From Octopus sinensis (Eukaryota): a stretch of DNA of 64,000 bases. Of the stretch, positions 1 to 47,260 are shown one piece after another (the stretch's first letter is position 1; each line of letters starts with the position of its first letter). The stretch covers positions 49,352,001 to 49,416,000 of the forward strand of contig NC_043007.1 of NCBI RefSeq assembly GCF_006345805.1, given 5' to 3'. Below the pieces are notes generated by a model that worked only from the letters and a program-made list of their open reading frames with translations, did not search any database and was not told where the DNA came from. The translations under genes and the position numbers were made by a program.

Positions 1-734
1 CATATTACTAATCTGGTGATAAAATGCAGACGGCTAGCTGGATGGATTCTCCGAACTTTCAGAACAAGAGAGAAGGAGACACTGATGGTCCTATGGAAAA
101 CATTCGTCCTCAGTCGCTTGGACTACTGCTCCCAACTATGGTCACCACACAATATAAAACTAACAGCAGAACTCGAAGCAATTCAGAGAAGCTACACAAA
201 GAAAATCGTCTCAATGCAAAATATCAGCTACTGGGAAAGACTGAAAGTATTAAACCTCTTCTCCCTAGAGCGGAGGCGGGAGAGATATGCGGTGATTAAC
301 ATCTGGAAAATCCTGGAGGGTCTTGTCCCAAACTTTGGCATTCAAAGTTACCCCAACCGCAGAACGGGGCGCCACTGCATGGTGCCAAAGATTCCAACAT
401 CACCATCAAAATACAGGTCCAGATACTGCAACAGCTCGGGTTTCAGAGGACCACAGCTCTTTAACATCCTCCCTAAATGCCTGAGAGACTTACATGGTGT
501 GGATGTGGGTTTTTTTAAAACTAAACTGGATCTCTTCTTGTCGGGAGTCCCAGATGAACCTACCTCACGACAGGAGACGCAGATGCGGGCAGCAGCATCG
601 AACTCCCTTGTTGATCAAGTGCCACGTATCAGAGGTGGATTCACATATTAGTGTAGCTCATTCAGCGGTGGTGCCCCAGCATGGCCGCGGCCTTCGGGCT
701 AAAACATTTTTAAGGATTTAAGGATTTAAGGATA
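1..734 (+). mobile_element. 3' end of a CR1-like LINE (RT C-terminus, 3' UTR, (TTAAGGAT)x3 tail); continues upstream of the window
   Basis: ORF 16-651 carries GWILRTF..R, SRLDYCSQLWSP and SLERRRERY, typical CR1-group RT C-terminus; homologous to 39700-40541 (minus); ends in a short tandem tail. Confidence 0.9.
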
Positions 735-1039
735 CTCATGGAAAAAGCAAGCACTAAGTCCTGAGCAGACCTAAGTACCCCAAATATATCCAAAATAGAA
801 AACACGTGTGATTCGAACTAGAAACTTTCACAGAGTGAGAGAGTCCGGAAGTGAACACTATTAAATTTACATATAATGTAGGATAAAATTTTTCGAAACA
901 AAAATTTATCAATGGCCAGCATACCTTTAAAGGTTAAATGTATAAATAACTTATAAGACATACTGAAGATTATCTATTTTGGATATATTTGGGGTACTTA
1001 GGTCTGCTCAGGACTTAGTGCTTGCTTTTTCCATGAGTA
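733..1039. repeat. Perfect 67-bp inverted repeat (733-799 / 973-1039), TA at both outer ends; MITE-like or templated inverted duplication
   Basis: 733-799 tactcatggaaaaagc...caaaataga is the exact reverse complement of 973-1039. Confidence 0.85.
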
Positions 1040-1297
1040 TGAGTAAGTATTTCATTTATGTCTTACGTATTTACCAATACGGTAATAACGGAATTTTTTA
1101 GAAATTTCTATCGGCTTGTTTCGAGACGCATAAATTATAATGGTTATTGAGAATTTGTCTATTTTCGGCATTTTTGGCATTAACATTTTTCTTTTGCCCT
1201 TATTTTATAAGTTATTTATAAATTTAACCTTTAAAGTTATTTTTTAATATGCTGCCCATTGATGAAATTTTTTTTCGAAAAAATTTTATTCTACATT

Positions 1298-1298
<1 letters not shown>
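874..1298. mobile_element. Older MITE-like element with ~85-95-bp imperfect terminal inverted repeats (874-956 / 1205-1298)
   Basis: taatgtaggataaaattt...aggttaaatgtataaataacttataa matches the reverse complement of 1205-1298 with scattered mismatches and one indel. Confidence 0.55.
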
Positions 1299-1350
<52 letters not shown>

Positions 1351-1841
1351 CCTTTTTCCTTTCCTTTTCTTAAATTTTCTTTCTATTTTTCTTCTATGTG
1401 ACCTTTGCCATAGAACCGTTCTGAAGACGTCTATCAACTGTAACGAGGTAAATTCGAATTTACCTCAGCTTGATATGCAGAAACAGCTGCAAACATACTC
1501 TCATCTTAATTAAATAATGACCAATGATCCACTTCCCGCTGTAAATTGCTCCGTTTCTTATCCCCCCTGTCTCTCTTTCTCTCTTTCTTTCTGTATATAT
1601 ATATATATATATATATAGTTAACATGTCACGTAATGGAACTGAATCCATTACATGTAGTCGGGAAGCAAACATCTTACAAGTTTCTTAGTTTGTAATTTT
1701 GCTGATGCTCTCTTTGACTTATCTTGTTCTTATCATCATCCAGATATCTTTTAAATTTCAATATGTTTTTCTATTACATGTATTTTTGGCATAAAATCGA
1801 AAACTATTACGTATCTCTCACTTCCTTTGTTTTCGTTACAG

Positions 1842-35528
<33,687 letters not shown>

Positions 35529-37616
35529 TTAAACAATATTTTATTTTACTTGTCTCTGAAGTTATCTTTAAACATGACTGTTTATTTTTCATTTACTATT
35601 TCTCTCTCGCTTGCACTTTGTTCTCCCTTTCTTCATATGTGTGTGTGTCCACGCTCACGTGCGTGTGTGTATGTGTGTGTTAACATATCAATATATATAC
35701 ACACATATATGTATTCATATAAGATAAAATGCAGTATTTGTGTTTGTATGTGTGTGTGTTTGTGTGTGTGTTTTTTTTTGTTTATGCGTATATACATATA
35801 AACATATACACACATATATGTATGCCTAAAAGAGAAAATACAGTATTACAACATGCGTTCATTATATATACACTGTGCTTATAACACAACTCTGTTCATC
35901 AAAATATAAAAACGATGCAAACGCAATCATTTCCCCGGAAGTATTTTGTCTCTCTCTAATGACAAAGATTGTATGTACGAAACTTTCGTCCAGAAAATCT
36001 TTTAGCTCAGAAATCACGATTTTAAATCGCTTTAAATGTACATAAGGTCGCTTAAATGCATGGACACTTATCAAAGAACTCCAATAAGGATTTATGGAAG
36101 CTGTTACTTTTATATGGAATAGCTTCTTAAAGATAATCAATAATGTACACAATGGGGCATTGATAAATGGCTCGAGAAATGTACACTCTAAATATAATTT
36201 GAAAATGAAGAGAAAAAAATAGAATTTGGACCGACCGCGTTCTCATTCTATGTGTCTTCTTAAGTGTGAAAATCTCACACAAAGATTTGGGGGGTTCACA
36301 AACAAGCAAAAATTAATGCACACACACGCATACACGCCCCACAAAACGCACACCTATTTAAGAGTAAAAATGCTCTGATAAAATTCATGTAGGATATGCA
36401 AATAAATGAAAATAACTCATTATCACAAAAACCAGAACATAAACAAATTGTTGCTGTGCAGACATCGTAAAACAGTTTGAAAAAGAAAGGTCATTAAAAA
36501 CGTCAGAAAAAGTTGTTAAACAATGTAAAATGACAAAAGTTCAAAAAGTTAACAGCTTTAAAATCCAAAATATTTTCAAAATATTTCCTTTCACTGAGGA
36601 GTTCAAAAAATATTTATCACTCGTCATTCATTAAAAGGCTACGAAATACCGAGCAAGTATTTCGATGTATGTCAGGAGGAATTCTGATTTAAGGTTCAAA
36701 GCAAATTTATTCTAAAAAAGAATGATGTAATACTCGGTCAAACGGATATTACATAGAATTGTGTGTGAAGACTATCTTTATATAGATAATCTCTTTCTAA
36801 AACAGACTAGTGTTCTTTAAAGTGAGCTAAGCCGGATTTCTTCAAAAGCAGAATATTCCCGGCCAGACTCGTAAAAGACCTCGTCTTCAAATATTTAAAA
36901 AAGTTCTTAAATTCTTACGTAAGTAGAATCTTGTTTTAAAATCATCTTCTGTTAATCCGATACATGTTTTCTACATCGGGTTACTAAGAGTCTATACATT
37001 TGCAATGTAGACTCTCTCTTTAGTCAGGTAATTAGCTCGAAAGGATAGTTGTTGACACTTAAAAATCAGATGTTACTTGCTTGACATTAACTTCGGGGAG
37101 CCTTTCAACATTTAATTAACAAGAGACGCAAATATCTTCAAGAGTAGTAATCTTTTAGTGAGCAATCTTGATAAAACGTTTGGTTTTCATCAAACACAGT
37201 GAAAACATTTTTCGAAATCACTCCATTTTCACCTACAACTTGCATATCTTTACCCGCAAATATGTTTGCATCTGTGTATCTATGAAACTGTGCCCCTCTG
37301 CATGTGTGTCTATGTATGTCCTTATATGTATGTCTGTACATTTATCTGGGTCTGTGTGCCTGTGTGTCTGTGTATATGTGTGTGTGCACGCGCGTGTCTG
37401 TGTATCTGTGCGTCTGAGTATGTCTGTGTTTGTTTATCATTGTATCTGCGTGTCCCCGGGAGCTGTTCCCAATTCGTGTTTGAGTGTAATAATAATAAGT
37501 CCGTGCGAAGGATTTAAGTCAGCTCGCTATATGTAGTGTTACCAGTAAACAATGTAGACTGGTACTACCAGCGGCATTTCGAAGAAAAAATAAATTATAT
37601 AATTCTGTGTAGAACA

Positions 37617-37659
<43 letters not shown>

Positions 37660-37670
<11 letters not shown>

Positions 37671-38420
37671 GTTCGGGGTTCCCACGTCCTCCGGAAAGCT
37701 CAATCGAATTGCTGTGTAGGAATAAAGCGACATTCGCACCAGAAGCAAATCTGGTAGCGAAATGTGCTCGATTCGAATATTACTCCCCCTTTTTAAAATT
37801 CAATATTTTGTATTACAAGGGCCATTACTTCTTCGTTGTCCCTCCTGATGAGTACAAAGTTGAATGTTTTGTTTTGGTTTTGTTTAATTTGTTTGCTTGA
37901 CTGTAGTGGTGATAGACTTGTTGTTGTTATAAGTGTGCCTGTGTCTATGTATATGCTTATATTCTTGTTTATGTGTCTATTTTTGTTTGGTGTGAGGGTG
38001 GTGGAAGAGCATTCCTCGTCTCCCCCTAGGGTGGTTAATGTCTTTGGTGTAGTTTTGCCGGTGCTGGTGTTGTTTGTGGTCCTTTTCCGCCATAGTCAGC
38101 AATAGAGGCCTTTGACCACTTGCACTTTTTACCGCTTGGGGGCAGCGAACTCGCAAATGAATAGTTCTTCCACAAGCGAAACAATGCGGCCTTTTGCCCT
38201 CAATTATTATGTCTATTACCATCCTGTTCTGGAGACGGATGTGGTCCGTAATTTTTTTTTTATGTTTTCGGTCTGATCTGGAGAAGTACCTCCAGGTCAA
38301 CCAGGGACCAGTCTACCCTGGCAGTTCTTGTCACCTCTATCGGAACAGTACCTCTCCCCTCCACAATTACACATCCCAGAAGCCACCAAATATCAAGTCC
38401 TGGTGGGATCCTTGGAATAC
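37660..38420 (-). mobile_element. Tx1/L1-like ORF1 region remnant; inverted homolog of ~63000-63790
   Basis: IIIEGKRPHCFACGRTIHLRVRCPQ zinc knuckle; shared KDHKQHQHRQ and LCRN.ATFAPE blocks. Confidence 0.7.
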
Positions 38421-38929
38421 GGACAAAAAAAAGGACTTTCAAAAAGGAATGCTAGTACAGCAATAAATAAATAAATAAATAAATAAATAAAACTGCAACC
38501 AAGTTATTAGATAAGTATACTCCTGGAAACAAGATAAAATTCTTGAAAGGAACAGCTCACAACATTCGCACCTTTCGATTTATTTGTGAAACTACAATAA
38601 TTTTTAAATCTTGAAATATTTTAAATATTTTAAATATTTTTAAAATCTATTTTCGTTTCTTAAACAAAAATAAATTTGTAAATTTTAATCCCTTTTATTT
38701 CTTTTATTCCTTTTTTAAGTATTTATTATTACCCACTCTCTTGTTTAGAGTTAGTAACATACGTACACATACATACCAAAACTTATGCATATACACACAC
38801 ATGCACACATACATATATACACGCATATATTGATGGTTATCAAGGAATTATGTATCTTTAAAGGTTATTAAATTGGTACTAAGGATATGTAAAAGCAGAA
38901 GCGTTAGCCTGACAGGCAAAATGCTTAGC

Positions 38930-39430
38930 AGCATTTCGTCTGTTTATAGCCATAGTTGACTGCTACAATGACAACAGCCTCGACGATATCGCCAAACCCA
39001 CGCTCTGTAATAACAGTACCGATAGCAGCTCCAGTAACAGCACCGGCAACAAAATCTCTAGTTCCGGAACCAACGTAAGATGCACCAGAAATGTGTGCAG
39101 AACTCAAGTTCTGAAATATATCGGGTCTTCCAGAACTGCCTTCAAGCAGTAAATGTACAATCACAACTCCTCTTTTAGGATTCCGGAAAAGCAATCCGTT
39201 ACATTCCTGGCAAGCCATGTGTGGCGCCTCAAAAATAAAGAGACCCCATACTATATCAAGTGGAGGATCATAGAGGATCATACAGCGACCGGGATCCTAT
39301 ATTAACGGGAGCGGACGCGGCAAACTTTGCATAGCTGAGAGAGCAAGGATCCTTAAAGGCTCCCTGGAACAGAGATTGTTGAATTCCTGGCAAAAAATTT
39401 ACAGCCCCTGCATTCATTACAAACGCTACC
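38930..39430 (+). mobile_element. Penelope-like element GIY-YIG C-terminal remnant
   Basis: PYTIKWRII...KLCIAERARIL...LLNSW..IYSPCIHYKR across frames. Confidence 0.6.
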
Positions 39431-39699
39431 TGCTGCAAGCATGGGACTTCCTCTTCATCGATTAGATCCGAAAAGGTTCTTTCAAGCTGAAAGCAACCTA
39501 AGGACGGAGTTCTCAGTTCCTTTTTTTGACCCATATAGAATCGTCTAAGGGAGTTAACTCGTCCTCGTCGACCCAGATTGTTTATGCTGTTTATTTACTA
39601 ACTTATTTTTATTTTTTAAATTTTATTTTATCTAGTTTCAGCCCACGAGCTGTGGCCATGCTGGGGCACCGCCATTTGGTGTTGCTACATGATTTTATT

Positions 39700-42600
39700 T
39701 CACGAATTCTTTTTAGCAATTGCCATTTGGTGCATGAGAGAGTTCCATGCAGCTGCCCTCATCTGCACCTCCTGCCGTGAAGTTGGTTCATCTGGGACAC
39801 CTGACAGGAAGAGATCCAGTTTTATTTTAAAGACATCTGCATCCACCCCATGTAGGTCTCTCAGGTTCTTCGGGGGGATATTGAAGAGCTGTGGGCCTCT
39901 GAAGCCCAGGCTATCACAGTATCTTGCCCTACATCTTGATGGCAAATTTGGAGTCCTTGGCACTATGCAGTGGCGCCCAGTTCTAGCATTTGCGTAACTC
40001 TCGATGCCAAAGTTTGGGACAAGTCCTTCTAGGATCTTCCAGATGTATATTATGGCATATCTTTCTCGCCTACGCTCTAAGGAATATAGTTTTAATCTCT
40101 TGAGTCTTTCCCAGTAGTTTATATGCTGCACAGAGGCTACCTTCTTCGTGTAGCTTGTTGGATCGCCTCAAGTTCTGTGATTAACTTGACACTGGATGGT
40201 GACCATAGCTGAGAGCAATAGTCAAAGTGGCTTAGGACAAGTGTCCTCCAGAGGACCATCATGGTTTCTTGTTCTCTTGTTCTAAAGGTTCTAAGAATCC
40301 ATCCGGTCAGCCGCCTACATTTCATTGCCAATTTAGCAACATGCACATGAAAGGTTGCATCATCACTCATGTAAATACCCAGGTCTCGCACTGATTGTGC
40401 CTCTGGGATTGCAATCCCTCCAGGTCCAGTGTATTTATTGGGTATTGCATTTAGTTTTGCTTGAAAGTTTTCAGCATTGAACTGCATGCTATTCTTTTCA
40501 GCCCACTTGTATATTTTGTCCAGCTCACATTGCAGGTGCATAGTGCCTGTGAAACTTTTGTATCATCTGCATAACTTGTGATCGTGGCTGAGGGCATGTC
40601 TGAGAGGGCCATTATGAACAGTAGTGGTCCCAAAACAGTGCCTTGCGGAACACCGCTCACTATTTGCGTGCTAATGGAGGTGGCCCCATTGGCTACTACC
40701 ACCTGGCTTCTATCCTTCAGAAAGTCATGAAGCCATTCTCCTAATTTTCCAACTATGCCAAGATCACGCAGTCTGTGACATATCATTCCATGATCGACTT
40801 TATCAAAGGCCTTTGCAAAGTCGAGATATATGACTTCCACATTTGAGTGGTTGAGCAGTCGTTTCAGCACCCAGTCATAGTGTTGTAGGAGCTGAGTTAG
40901 GCGGCTTCTTCCTGGTCGGAAACCATGCTGGGTGTCAGGCAGCAAGTCATTTTCTTCAAGGAAGGTGATTAGTTTCCTTCTGACTATTCGTTCCATGAAC
41001 TTGCTGATGTGTGAGGTCAGAGAAATAGGTCTGTAGTTCTTGGCCTCCGCCCTGCTACCTCCTTTATGAATAGGGCATATTTTACCTTCCTTTAGTTTTC
41101 TTGGAAGTTTGCCAGTTGCAAGGAAGCTCTGAAAGAGGAACTGCAGTGGTCTTGCTAGGACTCTCTTACATACTTTTAGAAGGATTGCTTGGAATCCATC
41201 GGGGCCAGTAGCTGAGTTTGTTTTCATTTCATCTATAGCCTTTATTATATCGTCTTCCTTTATATTGATGTAATCAACCATCGCTGCCTCTGATTTTATA
41301 TCTGCAGTGGTAAAGAAGTCAGTTGGATTGCTGACTTGAAAATGCCCTAGGGGTGGAGTGAAAATACTCTTGAATTGCTCATTTAGTATTTCACTTATCC
41401 TCGTTGGATTTCCTGTGAGTGTGCCATCCTTTTCAAGGAGTGGCCCTATCCTACAGTGCACCGTAGCTTTTTCTTTGGCATACCTACAGAAAGCTTTTGG
41501 GTTAGATTTTATGTTGTCTATAGCCCAGGCTTCTTTGTCTGCTCTTTCTTTTTCATGGGAGAGTTGCAGACATTTTTCAATTTCCAACAGTTTTATTTTC
41601 AGGTGGGACTTTTCACTGCTTTCAATTTGTTTGTTTAGGCGATTTGAAACTTTTGTACACCGTCTCATTAGAATTGTCCTCTCTCTGGGGATTTTGTTCT
41701 TGTGTACAATGGCTTTTCTCTCTGGGACACATTTGTAGCATATGGCTTGCATTACAGACATGAATTGTTGAAGTTTCATGTTGATGTTAGGCGAGGAAAG
41801 ACATTCAGGCCAGTTTTGTTTGAGGATCTCTTTCTCAATTTGTTTCCAGTTTGCCTTATGGAAGTTCAAGCTGGAAAGATTCTGAGAGTTTCTTGTAGAC
41901 TGCATGTCCATGCTTTCCTTTGGCCCGTACATAGTCAGCTCTACCATGTTGTGATCCGAGAGTAGTGTCGGTGTCACTTTCACATTATGGATGAGATCCG
42001 TATTATTTGTGAAGCAGAGATCCAGTATGTTACCTGCCCTGGCTGGTTGGAGTATTATTTGCTCCATGTACAGAGTCTTGATGAGGTTCTGGAGGGACCT
42101 CGCCTGTCCTCGTTCGCATCGTGTCATTGCTGGGAGAGAAAGGCCCTCGGGCCATCTGACATTGGGCAGATTGAAGTCTCCATAAGAAGTAGACTTATGT
42201 GTTGTTCTAATGTGACTAGAACTTCTATTTTTATAAGGCAGTCTTCAAACTTGCCTACATGGCTTGGAGCATCTGGAGGGCGATATGTAGCACATATAAC
42301 TACACCGAGTTGCCTTATATGTACAATTAGTGTGTCACACACCGAATTTGAGTATGAGAACAGGACCTGGGGTGTGAGGTCCTCGCATATGCACATAGCA
42401 ACTCCACCATGACTCCTTTCTTTTCTGTCGGTCCGTAATACAACATACTGTGGTATGTGTATTTCCGCATCTGCTATGTTCGGTTTCAGGTGTGTTTCCG
42501 TAAGTGCTATGCATAAGGCTTGATTGCATGCTACAAGGTCTCTCAAGAACGGGATTTTTGTCCTGTTACTGAGTGTTAGCAGTCCTCTGATGTTCAGTAG

Positions 42601-42750
42601 GAGCATCGAGGTGATGTGTGTGCTGTTGCCGGTGGTGTCCACCTTGGGTCTATTTGCTGTGGCGGTTTTGTGTATTGTGGATAGCCCCATCTGCGAGTTT
42701 GAGTTTGATGGAGCCAAGTTAGCTGCTGTACAATCTTTTGTGCAATGCAC
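39700..42750 (-). pseudogene. ORF2 (APE-RT) of the CR1-like LINE, broken into four ORF-track segments
   Basis: ORFs 42124-42750, 40451-42127, 40137-40541 and 39700-40131 are colinear. Confidence 0.9.
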
Positions 42751-43410
42751 AAAAAAGATTCTTGTTCAGCAGCTGCCCTTTCAATAACATGTTGGTGGTT
42801 TGTAGCACGCACCACATCTGCGTACCTCCGTTTTGGGGCAGGTGGTGCGTGGTCCATTCCTTTTCCTTTTGGTAGTTGGTTTCTGCCCTGTTTCATGTTT
42901 ATGTAACAGGGTCTTTGGTGTGCAAAACGGCAGCCTGCACCTTCCTCTCCATGCCAGCAGACACCTTTCAGGTAGAATTTACACATTCGTGTGCGCTGTC
43001 TCTTTCTATCCTTTTTGGTATATGGATAGTCACGTTTGCTTCTATCCTTGGTTGTTTTATCTTTTGGTTTTGTTTGAGTTTTAGTTTTTCCTTCTTTGGC
43101 TGTTTCATCTTTTGTTTTTCCTTTAGTTTTTTTCTCCTTTTACTTCTTTTTTGGCTCTTTCATCTCCATGGTTTTGGCCTTTGGTGCCGGTAGGGGCACT
43201 TGCACTTGGGTTTACTTTCTGGGCAGGTTTCTCACTTGAATCTTCTTTGTTGTCCTGGGTGTCTACCAAGTGGGGGTGACATCTTTCATCAGCACCCGTG
43301 CCTCCATCCTTGCCGTCTTTACTTTGTTCGTTGTCAAAGATGTCTGTAACGGTTTTCTACTTTCGAGGTCTGTAGAATATGGTCTTCGGTCGTTCATGGT
43401 GCGAAGCCAT
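42594..43410 (-). pseudogene. ORF1 of the CR1-like LINE with a CCCH-type zinc finger; stop and frameshift present
   Basis: ATG at 43410, in-frame stop at 43357, lysine-rich region, then CKFYLKGVCWHGEEGAGCRFAH (C-x7-C-x8-C-x3-H). Confidence 0.65.
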
Positions 43411-43441
43411 TGGTGACTCTCTGCCTGGACACACACTTAAC

Positions 43442-43519
<78 letters not shown>

Positions 43520-43564
43520 CATACACACATATATATACATATATACATATACATACATACATAC

Positions 43565-43631
<67 letters not shown>

Positions 43632-43871
43632 TATAATAGTAGTCTTTTTACCACTATTTACTATTTATTGTACTTTATTGGTTTTTAGAATAAGGTTTTT
43701 AAAGCATATGTTTTCTATATGGTGTGAATAACATCTTTCATTCTTGAATTGTTTAATAAACGTTTTTTCTCTAAATTATATACATATATTATATATTGTG
43801 AAATTTGATTTAAAATTGTTAAATTTAAATTTTCCCTCTAACTTTTGGAATTATATTCCTTAATCTTATTA

Positions 43872-44433
43872 TTATTATTGAGTGAGAGAGCAGTTCATGC
43901 CATCAAAGTGACACTGGGGTAAAATATACGAAGCCCAATATACCCATCATGACTACCCGTCTGATAAAGGTACACCAGGCACATGCATCACAACCATATG
44001 TGCGCGACATGGTGATCTCATATCAAGATAAACAGCACATGACCTTGCAGGTGGGGCCCAATTAGAATTTTCTTCAGGTTGAGTAGCCCATCCCACTCAA
44101 AAGGTCCCTGAGTAAGGGTTGTTTAAGGATGTTGAAAGAACCACCCATGTTTCCAGAGGTGAATTATTCAAACCCCAAAGAATCCCTCTCAACACATGGC
44201 TATGATGCTCCCCCACTACTTCTGCTCGTGATCAGAGATGCACATATCGTCAGCCACTAAGGGACATGCTCAACTGGTTAAGGTCAAACAACTGACAAGC
44301 AAATCTGTGGTATTGTGCAGAATATTTGCTGTAGCCCATCTTTTATACCAAGACAAAACAATGTACATGATAACACTTCCAATCAGTTAAGATCAGAAGC
44401 CATGAGAGCCACTGCCTGGTACTGCATCAGGGC

Positions 44434-44495
<62 letters not shown>

Positions 44496-44516
44496 TAATT
44501 ATTATTATTATTATTC
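43872..44516 (+). mobile_element. Non-coding retroposon 3' segment ending in a (TAT)n tail; family not assigned
   Basis: Higher-complexity block between AT-rich flanks ending ...gcatcagggcattt(att)n; no ORF. Confidence 0.45.
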
Positions 44517-44539
44517 AATATATATGTATGTATTCTTTT

Positions 44540-45037
<498 letters not shown>

Positions 45038-45249
45038 GAAAATTATGACGTCCCAACTTGGATCGCTGGATTCAAAGTGCAGGATGCTAACTATATATGT
45101 ACGTATATGTATATATATTATAGACCACACTCTTCCCCCTTTGGTTTCCCCTACATACAGACTGCATATGTTTCCTAGCTAGCAGACCCTCCGGTGTAAT
45201 AATTACTTAACGAGAGGTACTCAGCTAGCTACTCACCAGGCCAAAAATG

Positions 45250-46500
45250 CCTGGATCATATGAAGGTTAAAATGTTGAGGTCGTTTTGGCTATGCTGGAA
45301 GTATATTTTGCACAGTGTTGTAAATTCCACAATTCGCTTCTTCGAGAAAGAGACGAAGAAGGACATCTTCCTCCATTCAGATTCAGCATATCCACAGGCG
45401 TTGAAGCATAATGTGGCCTTTAATGAGTTCAAGTTTATTGTTCGAATATTCCTTGTAAACTGATAGGGATGAGATCCTATAGGATACACAGACCACAATT
45501 GGTTTTAGGGCAGAAGTGGTGCGTTTTGAAGAAAAGTTAACATAATTTAGGTTTTCTCTGGGTATGTGGTAAAGATAGAAGGTGTTGTTTTGTAAAGCCT
45601 GAGTGACATCTAAGAAGTTTGTAACAGAGTGTTTTCAGATTGTAACAGAAAGGTACGCTAACGCTCATGTTTTTAAAGAATTTAATTCTTTTACGCTACT
45701 ATATAGACAACTGGAAATATTAGGGAATCAGTCCCGGAGTCAATGGAGCAGGTAGCATCTCGCGAAGTTGGTAATTAGGATCGAGTCTCTCAACCCCATT
45801 GGGATGTCGAAGCAGCTGGGGATGTCCTTGCGTGCCTTTAGTTTACTATCGAATTTTATAAGAGTTCGACGAGCTACCAAAATACTATCAATATCGCTTC
45901 TAGTTGGGTCAGAATAGCTTAGTGTGAATGAGGGCTTTGTTAAGTAGGATAGGAGATACATTGGAGTTGGTTTGGTCTATATCGACTTGAAAGAATTTAC
46001 ATTCACTTTTGTGGGTAGGACTTAAACCATTGGATGGCTTCGGTGGTATTAGTCCAGAAGTTTAATATAATCTTCGAACAAAGGCGGGATAGAATTCTGA
46101 GATAAATTTGCTAATCCTACCTATATCAGAACTAGAGGAACAGATAAGGCAAACAGAAGGGTTCGCTGCAAAATTTTCTTTAAGGTCTTTTAAGTTTATA
46201 TGGGCTGGGTGAGGTTCGAAAGGTTCAATTCTTCTCTTCCAAGCCGAGTTTAAAAATTAAATCTCTTTAGGTTTATATCTCTCAGGGCAGAGTCCGGTAC
46301 GATTTAGTAATCCTTGTTCAGCTGTTTAAATATCAGTTCTCGGTAGGTATTCAGTTGTACGTTGTATAGGTTTCCAGTCTTATGTGAGTGGACGAGAATT
46401 CCGGGATATTTTTGAAGTTTCCTGATTAGGTCACTGATTTTTGTCAGGTGAGGAAACAGAGCTCTTTTTCTGAGTTTAATGTGGCTACTTAACAATAAGA
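45250..46500 (-). mobile_element. Penelope-like element RT remnant
   Basis: KTGNLYNV..NTY..L..KQLNKDY and CFDIPMG motifs, homologous to the 56700-59145 element. Confidence 0.6.
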
Positions 46501-46899
46501 AACTACGTAAACAGCAACTAGTTAACTTTTATCATGCAAACAAAAACACTGTGACCCCCAGCCCCGCAAACACAGCCCTAGGTCATCATTAACCCTTTTT
46601 AACAACGCAGATCCTTGCCCCACCAGCTCCAATCCTAATACTCCACCCAATCCCCATAACCAACCTAACGATTGAAGGACAGAATAATAGGAAGAGTATG
46701 GAGATCTACTACAAGCTACACCCTTCCCCGGACGGCTTCCTCCTCATCACAAACAATGCTAATCCTAACACCGAAGCTGGCTGATACTACATATAACTCT
46801 AGGTTAACCTCAGGTAATCATAACCCACAAACTCCACTTTAGCATCCTCTGAAAGTCTATGTAGCTATAGATGTCCCCCCTCCTGTCCCTTGGAAAATA

Positions 46900-47260
46900 A
46901 ATGCCCCACAAAAATATAGCGTAAAAATGTGTACTCTCCCCGGAAGATTCCAAATTTGTATATATCGACTCGAGCAGCACCACCTTCAAGTTCAGAATAA
47001 ATAACCACAATTCTAGCTTTAGATTTCAAGCAAAAACTAATAATTCCTCTTTATCTGGGCTCATTGATGACATAAAAAATAACTTAGTTGTATACAGCTT
47101 AACATGATCCAGATTTATCAAACCGTATAACAGTCATAACAACAAATGCGATTTATGCATCGCAGAAGCCTTATCTATTGTTCAATAAGTGATTGCATAA
47201 ACGAACGAAGCGACCTTATGTTTAATTGCCGTCACAAATTATGTAATACCTTCTTAAGGT
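46900..47260 (+). mobile_element. Penelope-like element GIY-YIG remnant
   Basis: LYIDSSSTTFKFRINNHNSSF and KPYNSHNNKCDLCIAEA...NERSDLMFNCRH. Confidence 0.7.

Larger units (their letters stand above)
39601..43444 (-). mobile_element. Near full-length CR1-like LINE (~3.85 kb): 5' UTR, disrupted ORF1, disrupted ORF2, 3' UTR with (TAAAA)n-like tail
   Basis: APE (LLNIRGL, LTETHL, RSHGGVA), RT (YLDFAKAFDKVDH, SGVPQGTVLGPLLF, YADDT) and C-terminus SLERRRERY in colinear order. Confidence 0.93.

Noticed and set aside
36401-36406. AATAAA as the SLC22 polyadenylation signal
   Set aside because: The hexamer is frequent in such AT-rich DNA; it cannot be assigned without transcript data
37843-37860. ctgatgagtac (also 63528-63541, minus) as ribozyme cores
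   Set aside because: Lies inside Tx1-like LINE sequence with no downstream stem II/GAAA
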